Notes under the pieces: generated by a model
Databases searched by the model: none
Told to the model about the DNA's origin: nothing
Seen by the model: only the letters and a program-made list of their open reading frames with translations
Source: a virus
Length of the DNA stretch: 64,000 nucleotides
Strand: one strand, 5' to 3'
Virus record (IMG/VR): IMGVR_UViG_3300020455_000006
Span: 32,001-96,000 of that record
Part shown: positions 20,026-28,574 of the stretch, piece after piece
Layout of the letters: every line of letters begins with the position of its first letter
Position numbering within the stretch: position 1 is the first letter of the stretch
Position numbers and translations under genes: made by a program

Positions 20026-20667
20026 ATGACATCAATCACTACGCTAGAACATACTACACTAGGTAATATCTCAGCAAGTGATTTTACTCTATCGCAATTA
20101 TCTCTTCTCTTATTTGAGAAGGGATTATTGCTTGGTTTTGATAATGTATTTGACAAAACTAAGATAAGAGAGATCATGGTTGCTGAGAAACTAGGACATA
20201 ATGTACACAGTACAGTTATAGCAGGGAAGGGAACTATCAACTATGGTAGTGACGCTACAGACCCCACAACAGGCAAGAAGGCAGAGTATAAGTCACAGAC
20301 ACTAAGGTCTAAGGACTTGAGAAATTTATTTCAAGAGGTTAGATACCCTAAGAGTGGTAAGAAATTTGCACCACTTACAATTACTGGTGTTTATAATGGT
20401 TTCAATAGTAACTATGAATCAGCATCAGTTGAGTATGAAAAGGTTGACCATTATTTCTCACTCTTCTGGAGAGAGAACCCAGTAGCAATATATCAGATTG
20501 ACACATACTATGTGATGAACATGCTTATAGACAATTATAGTAAGTGGCATAATAATGGTAGGCAAGGAACATCTAATTGCAATTCAGTCAAAATTCAATT
20601 AGAATCACAGTCAGACTATTATACAGTAAAGTACATTGATGAGAGATTTTTCAATGAAAAGAAATAG
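20026..20667 (+). CDS. PD-(D/E)xK nuclease, PvuII-like restriction endonuclease
   Basis: GSDATD..KAEYKS matches R.PvuII GNDAVD..EYELKS as recalled; also GFDNVF and YFSLF..VAIYQI; adjacent to two MTases. Confidence 0.6.
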   Translation: MTSITTLEHTTLGNISASDFTLSQLSLLLFEKGLLLGFDNVFDKTKIREIMVAEKLGHNVHSTVIAGKGTINYGSDATDPTTGKKAEYKSQTLRSKDLRNLFQEVRYPKSGKKFAPLTITGVYNGFNSNYESASVEYEKVDHYFSLFWRENPVAIYQIDTYYVMNMLIDNYSKWHNNGRQGTSNCNSVKIQLESQSDYYTVKYIDERFFNEKK

Positions 20668-21421
20668 TATAACAAACAAGGACTGTTTGAAGTTTCTAAA
20701 GACAATACCAGACAAGTCTGTTGATCTGGTATTGACTGACCCACCATATAATATTGGATTTGATGGTGGTAAGGGTTGGGATTCATACTGGAAGAATGAC
20801 AGAGAGTACATTCAATGGTGTATATCATGGTCTAAGGAGTGCATCAGGGTACTCAAGGACAATAGAATGTTTGTAGTCTGGGGAACTCTCAAGACAGAGA
20901 GTTTCCTACTCTATAAACTAGCATTGAATCGCTTTGAAGGTATCTACCCACAGAATGAGATTATATGGTCATACAACTGGGGTGGTCGAACCAAAGATAA
21001 CTTTGCTCGCAAACATGAGTATGCTTGGTGTTATAGCACAGGTAAGAAGTTTCTATTCAATAGTGATGATGTTCGAGTTGATAGAAAAGTTGGCAAGAAC
21101 ATGAGAACTGGACAGAACTATACTAAGGGAACTATACCCACTTGTGTATGGGAGAAAAACAACCACACAACGTCTAAAGACTATTGTGGTTGGCATGCCA
21201 CAACTAAGAATATAGAGGTCTTAGAGAGGATTATAAGGGCATACAGCAATGAGAATGATCTGGTTCTTGACCCATTTATGGGTAGTGGTTCAACTGCTAT
21301 TGCTTGCAAGTTATCCAACAGAGATTATATCGGATCAGAGTTGGATCAGGAATATGTCAAGAAGGCAAGAGCAAGAGTAAAGAGTTATGATAGGATAAAC
21401 ACACTATCAGCAATACTATGA
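20654..21421 (+). CDS. Beta-class N6-A/N4-C DNA methyltransferase
   Basis: LTDPPY catalytic motif before VLDPFMGSGST SAM-binding motif. Confidence 0.9.
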   Translation: MKRNSITNKDCLKFLKTIPDKSVDLVLTDPPYNIGFDGGKGWDSYWKNDREYIQWCISWSKECIRVLKDNRMFVVWGTLKTESFLLYKLALNRFEGIYPQNEIIWSYNWGGRTKDNFARKHEYAWCYSTGKKFLFNSDDVRVDRKVGKNMRTGQNYTKGTIPTCVWEKNNHTTSKDYCGWHATTKNIEVLERIIRAYSNENDLVLDPFMGSGSTAIACKLSNRDYIGSELDQEYVKKARARVKSYDRINTLSAIL

Positions 21422-22377
21422 AGGATAGAATACTATATGGAGACTGTCGAGAGACACTCAAACAAATAGATTCTGGAACAGTTCAAATGTGTGTGACCAG
21501 TCCACCCTACTATGGTCTACGAGACTATGGAGGGGAGGAGAAACAAATAGGTCAAGAACAGACACCAGAGGAGTTTATTGATGAGTTAGTATCTGTATTC
21601 AGAGAAGTAAGAAGAACACTCAAAGATGATGGCACACTATGGGTAAACATAGGGGACAGTTATTATAACTATCGTCCCAGTAGGGGTAAATCATATCCAA
21701 AGCAGACTGTTAGTAAGACAAAGCAAGATTTACCTGATTATAGTAGCAAGAGAAACAACAAGTTACCAAACTACAAAGAAAAGGATTTGATCGGCATACC
21801 ATTTATGCTTGCCTTTGCCTTACGAAATGATGGGTGGTATCTTAGACAAGATATTATATGGCATAAACCAAATCCTATGCCTGAGAGTGTAAAGGATAGA
21901 TGTACTAAATCACATGAGTATATCTTTTTATTATCAAAGAACAAAAAGTATTACTATGACAATGAAGCAATCAAAGAACCAGTCAAGCAAGACTGGGGAA
22001 CAAGAAACCGCACAAATGGTAAGTACCATAATAGTGGGAGTGGGTTACACCCTCATAGTGGTCTTACCAAGTCTTATGACAGGAAAAATAAACGTGATGT
22101 TTGGTCAGTAACAAATAAACCATACAAACACGCTCACTTCGCTACATTTCCACCTGACTTGATAGAACCACCGATTTTAGCGGGTAGTCGAGAGGGAGAT
22201 ATAGTTCTAGACCCATTCATGGGGTCAGGAACTACCGCTATGGTATCAAAACAACATGGAAGATATTATATCGGGTGTGAACTACATGAAGAGTATGGAG
22301 ACTTGATTCAAGGACGTATGCCAGATGAGATATTGGCACAAGATGTACAGAATCCGTTGACAGACATGTTATACTGA
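21418..22377 (+). CDS. Beta-class N4-C/N6-A DNA methyltransferase
   Basis: VTSPPY, IIWHKPNPMPES, HFATFP, VLDPFMGSGTT. Confidence 0.9.
   Translation: MKDRILYGDCRETLKQIDSGTVQMCVTSPPYYGLRDYGGEEKQIGQEQTPEEFIDELVSVFREVRRTLKDDGTLWVNIGDSYYNYRPSRGKSYPKQTVSKTKQDLPDYSSKRNNKLPNYKEKDLIGIPFMLAFALRNDGWYLRQDIIWHKPNPMPESVKDRCTKSHEYIFLLSKNKKYYYDNEAIKEPVKQDWGTRNRTNGKYHNSGSGLHPHSGLTKSYDRKNKRDVWSVTNKPYKHAHFATFPPDLIEPPILAGSREGDIVLDPFMGSGTTAMVSKQHGRYYIGCELHEEYGDLIQGRMPDEILAQDVQNPLTDMLY
22319..22375 (+). promoter_or_regulatory. Early promoter: TGCCA-N10-TGGCACA ... TATACT
   Basis: Dyad ends at 22340, -10 at 22370. Confidence 0.7.
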
Positions 22378-22399
22378 AGCATACCTACAAAACAGGTCA

Positions 22400-22591
22400 A
22401 TGCCCAAAAAAGAACCACAATTACCTGATTTCTTAGATGGTAACAAACTAATTACAGTTGAGACTGAGTGGCACTCAGTTGAGATACCAAAAAATGAAAT
22501 GGAAAAGGTAATCGCTTTTTGTAATGATAATAACATTACAACAGACTACTACATGTGGGAGTTCATGACTTGGGAGCATGAAGAGTCATGA
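22400..22591 (+). CDS. Small early hypothetical protein
   Basis: ORF behind early promoter. Confidence 0.6.
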   Translation: MPKKEPQLPDFLDGNKLITVETEWHSVEIPKNEMEKVIAFCNDNNITTDYYMWEFMTWEHEES

Positions 22592-22743
22592 AAACTATTA
22601 CTCTCAAACTTAGTGAAACACAACTCACTAAAGTAGAGGACATTTTCGATAGTCTATTACTTGACAATGATGTTGACAAGGAAATAGACAAACTCTATAA
22701 TGATCTTTTAGATCAGGCATACTATTCTGAGGAAAACCAATGA
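22588..22743 (+). CDS. Small early hypothetical protein (51 aa)
   Basis: Read manually; ATGA-coupled on both sides. Confidence 0.55.
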   Translation: MKTITLKLSETQLTKVEDIFDSLLLDNDVDKEIDKLYNDLLDQAYYSEENQ

Positions 22744-22883
22744 GAGAATTTCTAGTCTCAGCACTTGTTGAAGGGTACAGAATTGAGGACTACATCATGG
22801 CAGCAAGTGAGCATCATGCTATAAGATTACTTGAGTCAAAGTATCCACAGGCAAGAAACACTTATGCTATCCTACAAGACTGA
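22740..22883 (+). CDS. Small early hypothetical protein (47 aa)
   Basis: Read manually: MREFLVSAL...; ATGA overlap. Confidence 0.55.
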   Translation: MREFLVSALVEGYRIEDYIMAASEHHAIRLLESKYPQARNTYAILQD

Positions 22884-23023
22884 TGGAATACAAATTTACC
22901 ACACCCTACGAGAGGTTTCAAGAGTGGTTGAATCAATGCCCAGTTGAGATAATCAACTATCAAGACTTTACAGACCAGTTCGAGGTCACGTTTAGCGTAC
23001 CACTAGAAGAGATAGACAGTTGA
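22883..23023 (+). CDS. Small early hypothetical protein (46 aa)
   Basis: Read manually: MEYKFTTPYERFQEWLNQCPV...; TGATG coupling. Confidence 0.55.
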   Translation: MEYKFTTPYERFQEWLNQCPVEIINYQDFTDQFEVTFSVPLEEIDS

Positions 23024-23092
23024 GAGACTGTCTATTTTTTTGTCTATTCATCAATAGTATAGACTACAATTAGATCAGTTACACAATTCATT

Positions 23093-23224
23093 ATGACTTA
23101 TGTTATCTACACAGACCCAATACAGAGGACTACAGACTATGATGAAGCATGTTTTATCGCTGACGATCATTTCAATGCTACTGGGTTTATCGTTGCAGTA
23201 GAGGAGGACGAGAGCAATGCTTAG
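23093..23224 (+). CDS. Small early hypothetical protein (43 aa)
   Basis: Read manually: MTYVIYTDP...; preceded by dyad variant (TGTCTA 23029) and TACAAT 23065. Confidence 0.55.
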   Translation: MTYVIYTDPIQRTTDYDEACFIADDHFNATGFIVAVEEDESNA

Positions 23225-23432
23225 ACAGTATGTTATTACTGGTACAAAGACCTTTACTTATTATAAGACAGTCCACGCTGAAGATATTACTGAAGCACAT
23301 TTGCTGGCACATGAACCGAGTGAAGATTCTGATGATGACTGGACTTGTTACTTTGATTATGACTATGATGAACCCACAGAGGACAATGGTCTTATGGTAG
23401 TCAAACACATTGAAGATGAGGGAGAGATCTAA
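23217..23432 (+). CDS. Small acidic early protein
   Basis: 71 aa, very D/E-rich; GAGGAGG upstream. Confidence 0.6.
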   Translation: MLRQYVITGTKTFTYYKTVHAEDITEAHLLAHEPSEDSDDDWTCYFDYDYDEPTEDNGLMVVKHIEDEGEI

Positions 23433-23638
23433 TGCCAATTTATCATGTCAAATGCTCAGAGACAGTAAATTTTACTGTCGCAATCGAAGCAGACACAGAA
23501 AATGATGCAAGGGAACTTGCACACGCAGACATCAATTCTCATGAAGTTATTGCAGAGTCAACAACTGACTGGGATATTGACGAAATCATTTTAGAATCAC
23601 AGGAGTGGTACAACAAACAGAGGAATTTATCATGTTAG
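23432..23638 (+). CDS. Small acidic early protein
   Basis: 68 aa; shares xA(E/D)xxxxAxxLAH with the previous ORF. Confidence 0.6.
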   Translation: MPIYHVKCSETVNFTVAIEADTENDARELAHADINSHEVIAESTTDWDIDEIILESQEWYNKQRNLSC

Positions 23639-23883
23639 ATGAAGTAAAAAAAACAATTACTTACACTCTCACATTTGATGAAGTGCAAGCATTTGAAGAT
23701 CATGTCACATGGCACATACTTGAACATGATATACCTGTAAGTGATAACTTACAGTCATTCATTGACAAGGTATTATACGATAGTATGCCAAGACGTACTA
23801 AAGAGTGGTATGCCATTCAAGAATTTGAGGAAGCGGAAAAAAATCTATCACCGCCTTATGAACACATACCAGACAGATACTAA
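23632..23883 (+). CDS. Early hypothetical protein
   Basis: ORF; GAGG RBS before MLDEV. Confidence 0.55.
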   Translation: MLDEVKKTITYTLTFDEVQAFEDHVTWHILEHDIPVSDNLQSFIDKVLYDSMPRRTKEWYAIQEFEEAEKNLSPPYEHIPDRY

Positions 23884-23928
23884 ACTGTCACAAGAACCAT
23901 AGTTATCTTACTATAGATGGTTCATAAT
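23871..23928 (+). promoter_or_regulatory. Early promoter: AGACA-N10-TGTCACA-N30-CATAAT
   Basis: Recurrent motif, followed by AGAGTATAAC. Confidence 0.7.
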
Positions 23929-23951
23929 AGAGTATAACAACAAGAGGTCAC

Positions 23952-24149
23952 ATGCCTAGATCAAACAGCACACCAGTAGAATGGAATCGTTCACTTGATG
24001 TTACTGAAGCAGAAGAGTCAGTACTCGTTGAAATGGTAGGATTCTTCAATGACATGGGTTGGATAAATGATGAGTCACAAGATGCCTACGACACACTTGT
24101 AGACAAAATTTGTGAACCAAGTCCATTTGATTACACACCACAGTCATGA
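23952..24149 (+). CDS. Small early hypothetical protein
   Basis: GAGG RBS; behind early promoter. Confidence 0.6.
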   Translation: MPRSNSTPVEWNRSLDVTEAEESVLVEMVGFFNDMGWINDESQDAYDTLVDKICEPSPFDYTPQS

Positions 24150-24310
24150 AGAAATTAGTCAACAAATACACTAGGGCAGGGTATAGAGGTAAATCTATAA
24201 CTTGCCCAGAATGTGATACTGACGCTATTGTGTATCACTTTGCATGGTCAGCACTCGGTTGTCAATCGTGTGGTGCTATGGTAGAAAAACATCAATGGAG
24301 TATAACATGA
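24146..24310 (+). CDS. Small zinc-ribbon protein (54 aa)
   Basis: Read manually: ..CPEC....VYHFAWSALGCQSC.. Confidence 0.65.
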   Translation: MKKLVNKYTRAGYRGKSITCPECDTDAIVYHFAWSALGCQSCGAMVEKHQWSIT

Positions 24311-24642
24311 GAACTTGGATTTTCAAAGACTACCTAAAAATGGAACATGGTAAGTTTTTACCATTACAGACTATTGAGTCAGAGGAGTTCGGTAGTCACT
24401 TCTTTATTGACATAGCATTTGAATTTATCACAGCACCCAGTCTAGTAGAAGGTGGGTATGATGAGAGTCAACTTGATTATGTCAGTAATTGGACTGAGTG
24501 GGAAGATGTCAACATGAATAAACTGTTTGACATTTATCGTGACCTTACATGGAAGGAAAACAACGATAACAGAGAGAAAGCAAGCGAAGAGTTTGCAGCA
24601 TACATTGATGACGTTGAAAAGGGAAGAATAGAATACCTATGA
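24307..24642 (+). CDS. Early hypothetical protein
   Basis: ATGA-coupled start MRTWIFKDY. Confidence 0.55.
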   Translation: MRTWIFKDYLKMEHGKFLPLQTIESEEFGSHFFIDIAFEFITAPSLVEGGYDESQLDYVSNWTEWEDVNMNKLFDIYRDLTWKENNDNREKASEEFAAYIDDVEKGRIEYL

Positions 24643-24851
24643 CTATCTACACGACTGGACGTATTATCGGGTCATTCTTGATAGTCATAGCATATTTTAT
24701 TGTACTACATGTATCGGCAACAGTAGGAGCAGCAATGCACCTGATAGCAAACATCATAAGCATACCATTCTTTATAAGAACTAAGGGATATGATGTGGTT
24801 ATCATGCTAACATTTTTGATGGTAATATCACTTGGTAAGATATTATCATGA
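24639..24851 (+). CDS. Small membrane protein
   Basis: 70 aa, about three hydrophobic segments. Confidence 0.65.
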   Translation: MTIYTTGRIIGSFLIVIAYFIVLHVSATVGAAMHLIANIISIPFFIRTKGYDVVIMLTFLMVISLGKILS

Positions 24852-24906
24852 CAATATTATTACTGTCACAACCTGTCTTGATTATCTTAGGATAACAGGC
24901 AATAAT
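24849..24906 (+). promoter_or_regulatory. Early promoter: TGACA-N10-TGTCACA-N30-AATAAT
   Basis: Recurrent motif, followed by AGAGTATAAC. Confidence 0.7.
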
Positions 24907-24929
24907 AGAGTATAACAAACGAGGTTATT

Positions 24930-25127
24930 ATGAGTCTATCTCAACAAATCAAAATTCAAGAGTTTGACAAGTACATCTTACAAGGTGGCGATCAATCTCT
25001 ATCAAATATAGAGGACTTATGTGTTTATGGTTTTGTAATGATGGACACCGAACCTGATGAAGAAACATTCAATGATGTAGTCATTGATGTGATTCGTAAA
25101 CTCAAGTTAGCATTACATTTACAATAG
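24930..25127 (+). CDS. Small early hypothetical protein
   Basis: GAGG RBS. Confidence 0.6.
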   Translation: MSLSQQIKIQEFDKYILQGGDQSLSNIEDLCVYGFVMMDTEPDEETFNDVVIDVIRKLKLALHLQ

Positions 25128-25136
25128 GAGTTCGTT

Positions 25137-25334
25137 ATGTCAACATTACATCATGACTCAATTTTTCAATCTTGCAATGAGTCAGTAGATATTCGTCCTT
25201 GTTTCAATGGTGTTGGTTCGTGGGAAGTATTTGATGATACTGGTACAGTTCACGATACTTACGACACACTAGATGAAGCAACAAAAGCAAGAGAAGATCT
25301 CGTCCTTTACCTATGGGAGTGCTTACTACAATGA
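25137..25334 (+). CDS. Small early hypothetical protein
   Basis: GGAG RBS; MSTLHH start. Confidence 0.6.
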   Translation: MSTLHHDSIFQSCNESVDIRPCFNGVGSWEVFDDTGTVHDTYDTLDEATKAREDLVLYLWECLLQ

Positions 25335-25570
25335 AACCTGATGAATTCGTCTTGAATCAAGAGCAGTTCAACACACTCAAAGAGATATACGTTGAACGAC
25401 TCGTTGATAATATGGAAACCAAAGACCTTGTAACCTACGTCACAAATGACATAGGAGAGTGGGTGGACAAACTGACCTATGCTGAAGCAATGAATGAATT
25501 TTCTGAGTATTGGGAAGAGTATTTCACAGACACTATTCAAGAAGTTTTGGAGATACACCCCAATGATTAG
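25331..25570 (+). CDS. Small acidic early protein
   Basis: ATGA-coupled; LKEIYVERLVDNMETKDL motif. Confidence 0.6.
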   Translation: MKPDEFVLNQEQFNTLKEIYVERLVDNMETKDLVTYVTNDIGEWVDKLTYAEAMNEFSEYWEEYFTDTIQEVLEIHPND

Positions 25571-25742
25571 TACTTGCACATATTTTTCCATTGCTGATAA
25601 GGTCAGAGATACAGACAGTCTATCTGAGTGGTGGGTACTGACTCTATATCCCAACTTGAACCAAGTTGTTTGTATTACTACTGATGAATCTCGTAATACT
25701 CGTAAATCGTTCAAACCGCATCAATTAGAGATCATACCATAA
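25563..25742 (+). CDS. Small early hypothetical protein
   Basis: GGAG RBS; SH3-like pattern. Confidence 0.5.
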   Translation: MISTCTYFSIADKVRDTDSLSEWWVLTLYPNLNQVVCITTDESRNTRKSFKPHQLEIIP

Positions 25743-25775
25743 CTAGCAGATTTTTAGTCTAGAGGGGCGAAAGCG

Positions 25776-25833
25776 GGTCAATTTTATTAGTGTCACAAGG
25801 TCTATACCATTTGTCCAAAGAATAGGCAATAAT
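25776..25833 (+). promoter_or_regulatory. Early promoter: GGTCA-N10-TGTCACA-N30-AATAAT
   Basis: Recurrent motif, followed by GAAGTATAAC. Confidence 0.7.
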
Positions 25834-25859
25834 GAAGTATAACTTTCTAAGGAGAGAAA

Positions 25860-26105
25860 ATGATTTTTTCAATGCAATTCAAAAGAGCGTTCTGGTTGAC
25901 TGAGGAAGATGCAATGGTATCATGCCCAGTATTACCTGATGGTACTATACAAGACTGGAACTGGGAGTATATTACAGGCGAGAAGGGCAAACCCTACTTC
26001 GAGACTGACCACAATTTCAACTGTCTTGTCAGAATATTCAATGCTCTCAAAGAGAATAGACAAGAAGGGTTGTATGAAATCAAGATCAAAGAGGTGGTGG
26101 CATAA
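25860..26105 (+). CDS. Early hypothetical protein
   Basis: AAGGAG RBS. Confidence 0.6.
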   Translation: MIFSMQFKRAFWLTEEDAMVSCPVLPDGTIQDWNWEYITGEKGKPYFETDHNFNCLVRIFNALKENRQEGLYEIKIKEVVA

Positions 26106-26311
26106 TGGCATGGTGTTGTAAATGCGGTAATCAGAATGATGATAAAACCGCCCCTGATTACATAGCAGATAATGACCTATATTTCTACTGGGATAGTCCA
26201 CTTGAAGAGGATTACGACTGGCGGACTCACAACCCAGATATTGACTGCCTATGTGAGATATGTTTCGACATTCTAAATCATGATGGTAAGATAATCTGGA
26301 AACCAGTTTGA
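26105..26311 (+). CDS. Small Cys-rich (zinc-binding) protein
   Basis: CCKCG ... CLCEIC. Confidence 0.6.
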   Translation: MAWCCKCGNQNDDKTAPDYIADNDLYFYWDSPLEEDYDWRTHNPDIDCLCEICFDILNHDGKIIWKPV

Positions 26312-26358
26312 ATACTGTCACAAGATCTATTTCATTCGTCTACATTTTCGTCTATTAT
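26301..26358 (+). promoter_or_regulatory. Early promoter: AACCA-N10-TGTCACA-N30-TATTAT
   Basis: Recurrent motif. Confidence 0.65.
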
Positions 26359-26382
26359 TAGTTCAACAAGCAAACATTCGTC

Positions 26383-26595
26383 ATGTACTCAAAACCACTT
26401 TATTCGTTATCAGAATCCTACAGACTGATAGGTAGGTACAATAAGAAATATAGTTCAGTTGAAATTGCTGATCTAGATCAAAGAGATCAGGGGTGGACTG
26501 ACTATGACCCTGTTCATGGAGCATCAGATAATGTACTCACTCAAGAATGTGATTCATTATACGATAGACTATTATTACAGGAGTTAGCATCATGA
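26383..26595 (+). CDS. Small early hypothetical protein
   Basis: ORF behind early promoter. Confidence 0.55.
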   Translation: MYSKPLYSLSESYRLIGRYNKKYSSVEIADLDQRDQGWTDYDPVHGASDNVLTQECDSLYDRLLLQELAS

Positions 26596-26804
26596 GCAAC
26601 TCTTATGAACTCAGATGGAATGAAATTACTGAAAAGAATTTCTATTTCTATTTCTTCTTTGGTATGGCAGAGGGATTGACTCTTAGGGAGTGCATACATG
26701 GCAAGGGTTCTCAGACACCCGCCCAAGTTCAACCAGTTTGGTATAAGGGAACATATAATGAATATGCTAACAGTATAAAAACTTATATCCAAGAAATGCT
26801 GTAA
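26592..26804 (+). CDS. Small early hypothetical protein
   Basis: GGAG RBS, ATGA coupling. Confidence 0.55.
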   Translation: MSNSYELRWNEITEKNFYFYFFFGMAEGLTLRECIHGKGSQTPAQVQPVWYKGTYNEYANSIKTYIQEML

Positions 26805-26807
26805 CAA

Positions 26808-26865
26808 AACCACATATAAAATTGGCACAAGACACACCCTAAAATCAAACTTTCGTGATTATAAT
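26808..26865 (+). promoter_or_regulatory. Early promoter: AACCA-N10-TGGCACA-N30-TATAAT
   Basis: Recurrent motif. Confidence 0.7.
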
Positions 26866-26893
26866 GAAGGAGTCCAAACAAATAGTAACAACT

Positions 26894-27160
26894 ATGCCAA
26901 CTAAGTCTATCGCTAAAGTAACAACAACTAAAGCAAAGACTAGGACTAGAGTAACAACAACAAAACTCAAAAGACCTGCTAAGAGTGTACTTACTCTAAA
27001 TCACTACGTTAGAGACTATCAGTCAAGAGTAAAAATTCACAATTATGAGTTTCAACAATTCTTGAATGATTGTAAAAAAGGTATTCAATTAGTAAGACAA
27101 TCTTCAGAGAATGTTTATAACTATGCTCTACAATCTTACAAAACACACTTCAATGTGTGA
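26894..27160 (+). CDS. Basic early protein
   Basis: K/T/R-rich N-terminus; Y..D...R..IHNYE motif. Confidence 0.6.
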   Translation: MPTKSIAKVTTTKAKTRTRVTTTKLKRPAKSVLTLNHYVRDYQSRVKIHNYEFQQFLNDCKKGIQLVRQSSENVYNYALQSYKTHFNV

Positions 27161-27178
27161 CAGTCAATGAATTGACAC

Positions 27179-27202
27179 AAGCACCCTAGAGGTGCTTTTT
27201 TC
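27179..27202 (+). terminator. Rho-independent terminator
   Basis: AAGCACC-CTAGA-GGTGCTT followed by a T run. Confidence 0.75.
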
Positions 27203-27214
27203 TTATCGTAAGAA

Positions 27215-27273
27215 AACCAGTTGAGATAGTGTCACAAGTACCCCTTCACAAATCCCATTATTCAGACTATACT
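27215..27273 (+). promoter_or_regulatory. Early promoter: AACCA-N10-TGTCACA-N31-TATACT
   Basis: Recurrent motif. Confidence 0.7.
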
Positions 27274-27299
27274 ATTAGTATAGCAATCAATCAAACATC

Positions 27300-27671
27300 A
27301 TGAGAAAAATCGAAAGACAAATGAACTTCGCTCTATCCAATAAGGGCAATTTCTCAAGTTCAAACACTTCTGTTTCTTACCACCCTTCAGAGAATCTTTC
27401 GGAAGTGAGACTACATGGCAATCTAATTGCATGGTTAGACCACACTAAGCAAGTATTAGCACTTAGTTCGGCAGGGTGGCATACTAACACCACTAAGTCT
27501 AGACTAAATGCTTTACTCTTTGAGTTCAATACTGGCATTAGTGTATTTCAGAAAAACTGGGATTGGTTCGTCTCTGACTTCTCAGGTAAGAAAAAAGTTG
27601 ACTTTTATGATGGAATTTTAGTCACTAAGGAGGGATTTTCGTCAATTCACTCACACCCTGCTGTAGCATAA
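27300..27671 (+). CDS. Conserved phage early protein (MRKIERQM family)
   Basis: V.LHGN.IA, GW.TNTTKSRLNA, VFQKNWDWFV motifs, widespread in phages. Confidence 0.7.
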   Translation: MRKIERQMNFALSNKGNFSSSNTSVSYHPSENLSEVRLHGNLIAWLDHTKQVLALSSAGWHTNTTKSRLNALLFEFNTGISVFQKNWDWFVSDFSGKKKVDFYDGILVTKEGFSSIHSHPAVA

Positions 27672-27769
27672 GTTACAGCAGTTCGTCCATTTGATACGCA
27701 ATTACTTCGTTATGCAACTATTTTCGTCTAAAGTTCGTCTAAAATCCCTTGATATGACTTCGTTTTCGT
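27638..27769 (+). repeat. Cluster of same-strand TTCGT pentamers
   Basis: Copies at 27638, 27682, 27706, 27723, 27734, 27759, 27765. Confidence 0.6.
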
Positions 27770-27829
27770 TATCAAGAGATATATACAAAAGTTTACATGA
27801 AATGAACAGTTATGATGCTACAATTATGG

Positions 27830-28489
27830 GTATCAACTGTTACACGCAAAAGAATAAAAATGTTTCAAAAAACATTTATTGACTCTTTATAGATGTTACA
27901 AAGGTGTGTATCATTTGTTCTCTTAGCGAGCATGGCATAAAAGTCAAGCAAATACTAGGAGACCCACACAGAATCCCCGATACAGGCACTTGTAACATAT
28001 TATACATGGGACTTGTGCCAATATATGAACTGGCACAGCAAGACACAATGATACCACAGCGAGTATCATTTGATACACGAACAGATGCTACAATATGCTG
28101 TAACATTTGATACAGGCACTATTGTAACATATTATACCTGGTACTGTACCAGATTTACATGACCTTGTAAAGTACCAATGATACATTCTGACGTATCAAA
28201 TGTTACATGGTATAATATTATACATGAACATGTTCAGGTATCATTTGATACAACTTCATGTTATTACAAATAATTATAAGTTGGCAGGGGGAGTGGCGAA
28301 TATTTTCTAAAGTCCTACCCCAGACTTGCTTACCCTAATTTTAACAAATTTCTCAGGGCAGTACAAGTACATTTGATACATGTACATGTTCATGTAACAT
28401 ATGATACATCTGGTTTAGATTCTACTTCCATTCTAGCAAAGATTTTTTTTATATGCAATGTACATTTTATACAATGTAAAATATGATAC
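27830..28489. repeat. Array of 14-bp dyad boxes GTA(T/A)CA-NN-TG(A/T)TAC, matching the NtcA consensus GTA-N8-TAC
   Basis: Exact GTA-N8-TAC at 27830, 27992, 28063, 28100, 28124, 28193, 28210, 28238, 28394, 28476. N7 variants at 28146, 28172, 28367, 28460. Confidence 0.85.
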
Positions 28490-28517
28490 ATGGGCGGTTT
28501 CCCGTACCTTTTACAGG

Positions 28518-28546
28518 TGGCAATCTCTGGAAGGACATGTTAAGAT
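28518..28546 (+). promoter_or_regulatory. sigma70-like promoter TGGCAA-N17-TAAGAT with extended -10 (TG)
   Basis: Upstream of ATG 28575. Confidence 0.5.
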
Positions 28547-28574
28547 TAGATTGTTCGACAGCAAATCTTTTATT

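Noticed and set aside
27691-28110. ORFs 27691..27882, 27876..28106 and 27904..28110
   Set aside because: They overlap the repeat array, have no clear RBS and resemble no known protein; treated as non-coding.
27830-28489. CRISPR array interpretation of the repeats
   Set aside because: Repeats are only 14 bp and degenerate, gaps are irregular (3 to about 150 bp), and there are no cas genes in the window.
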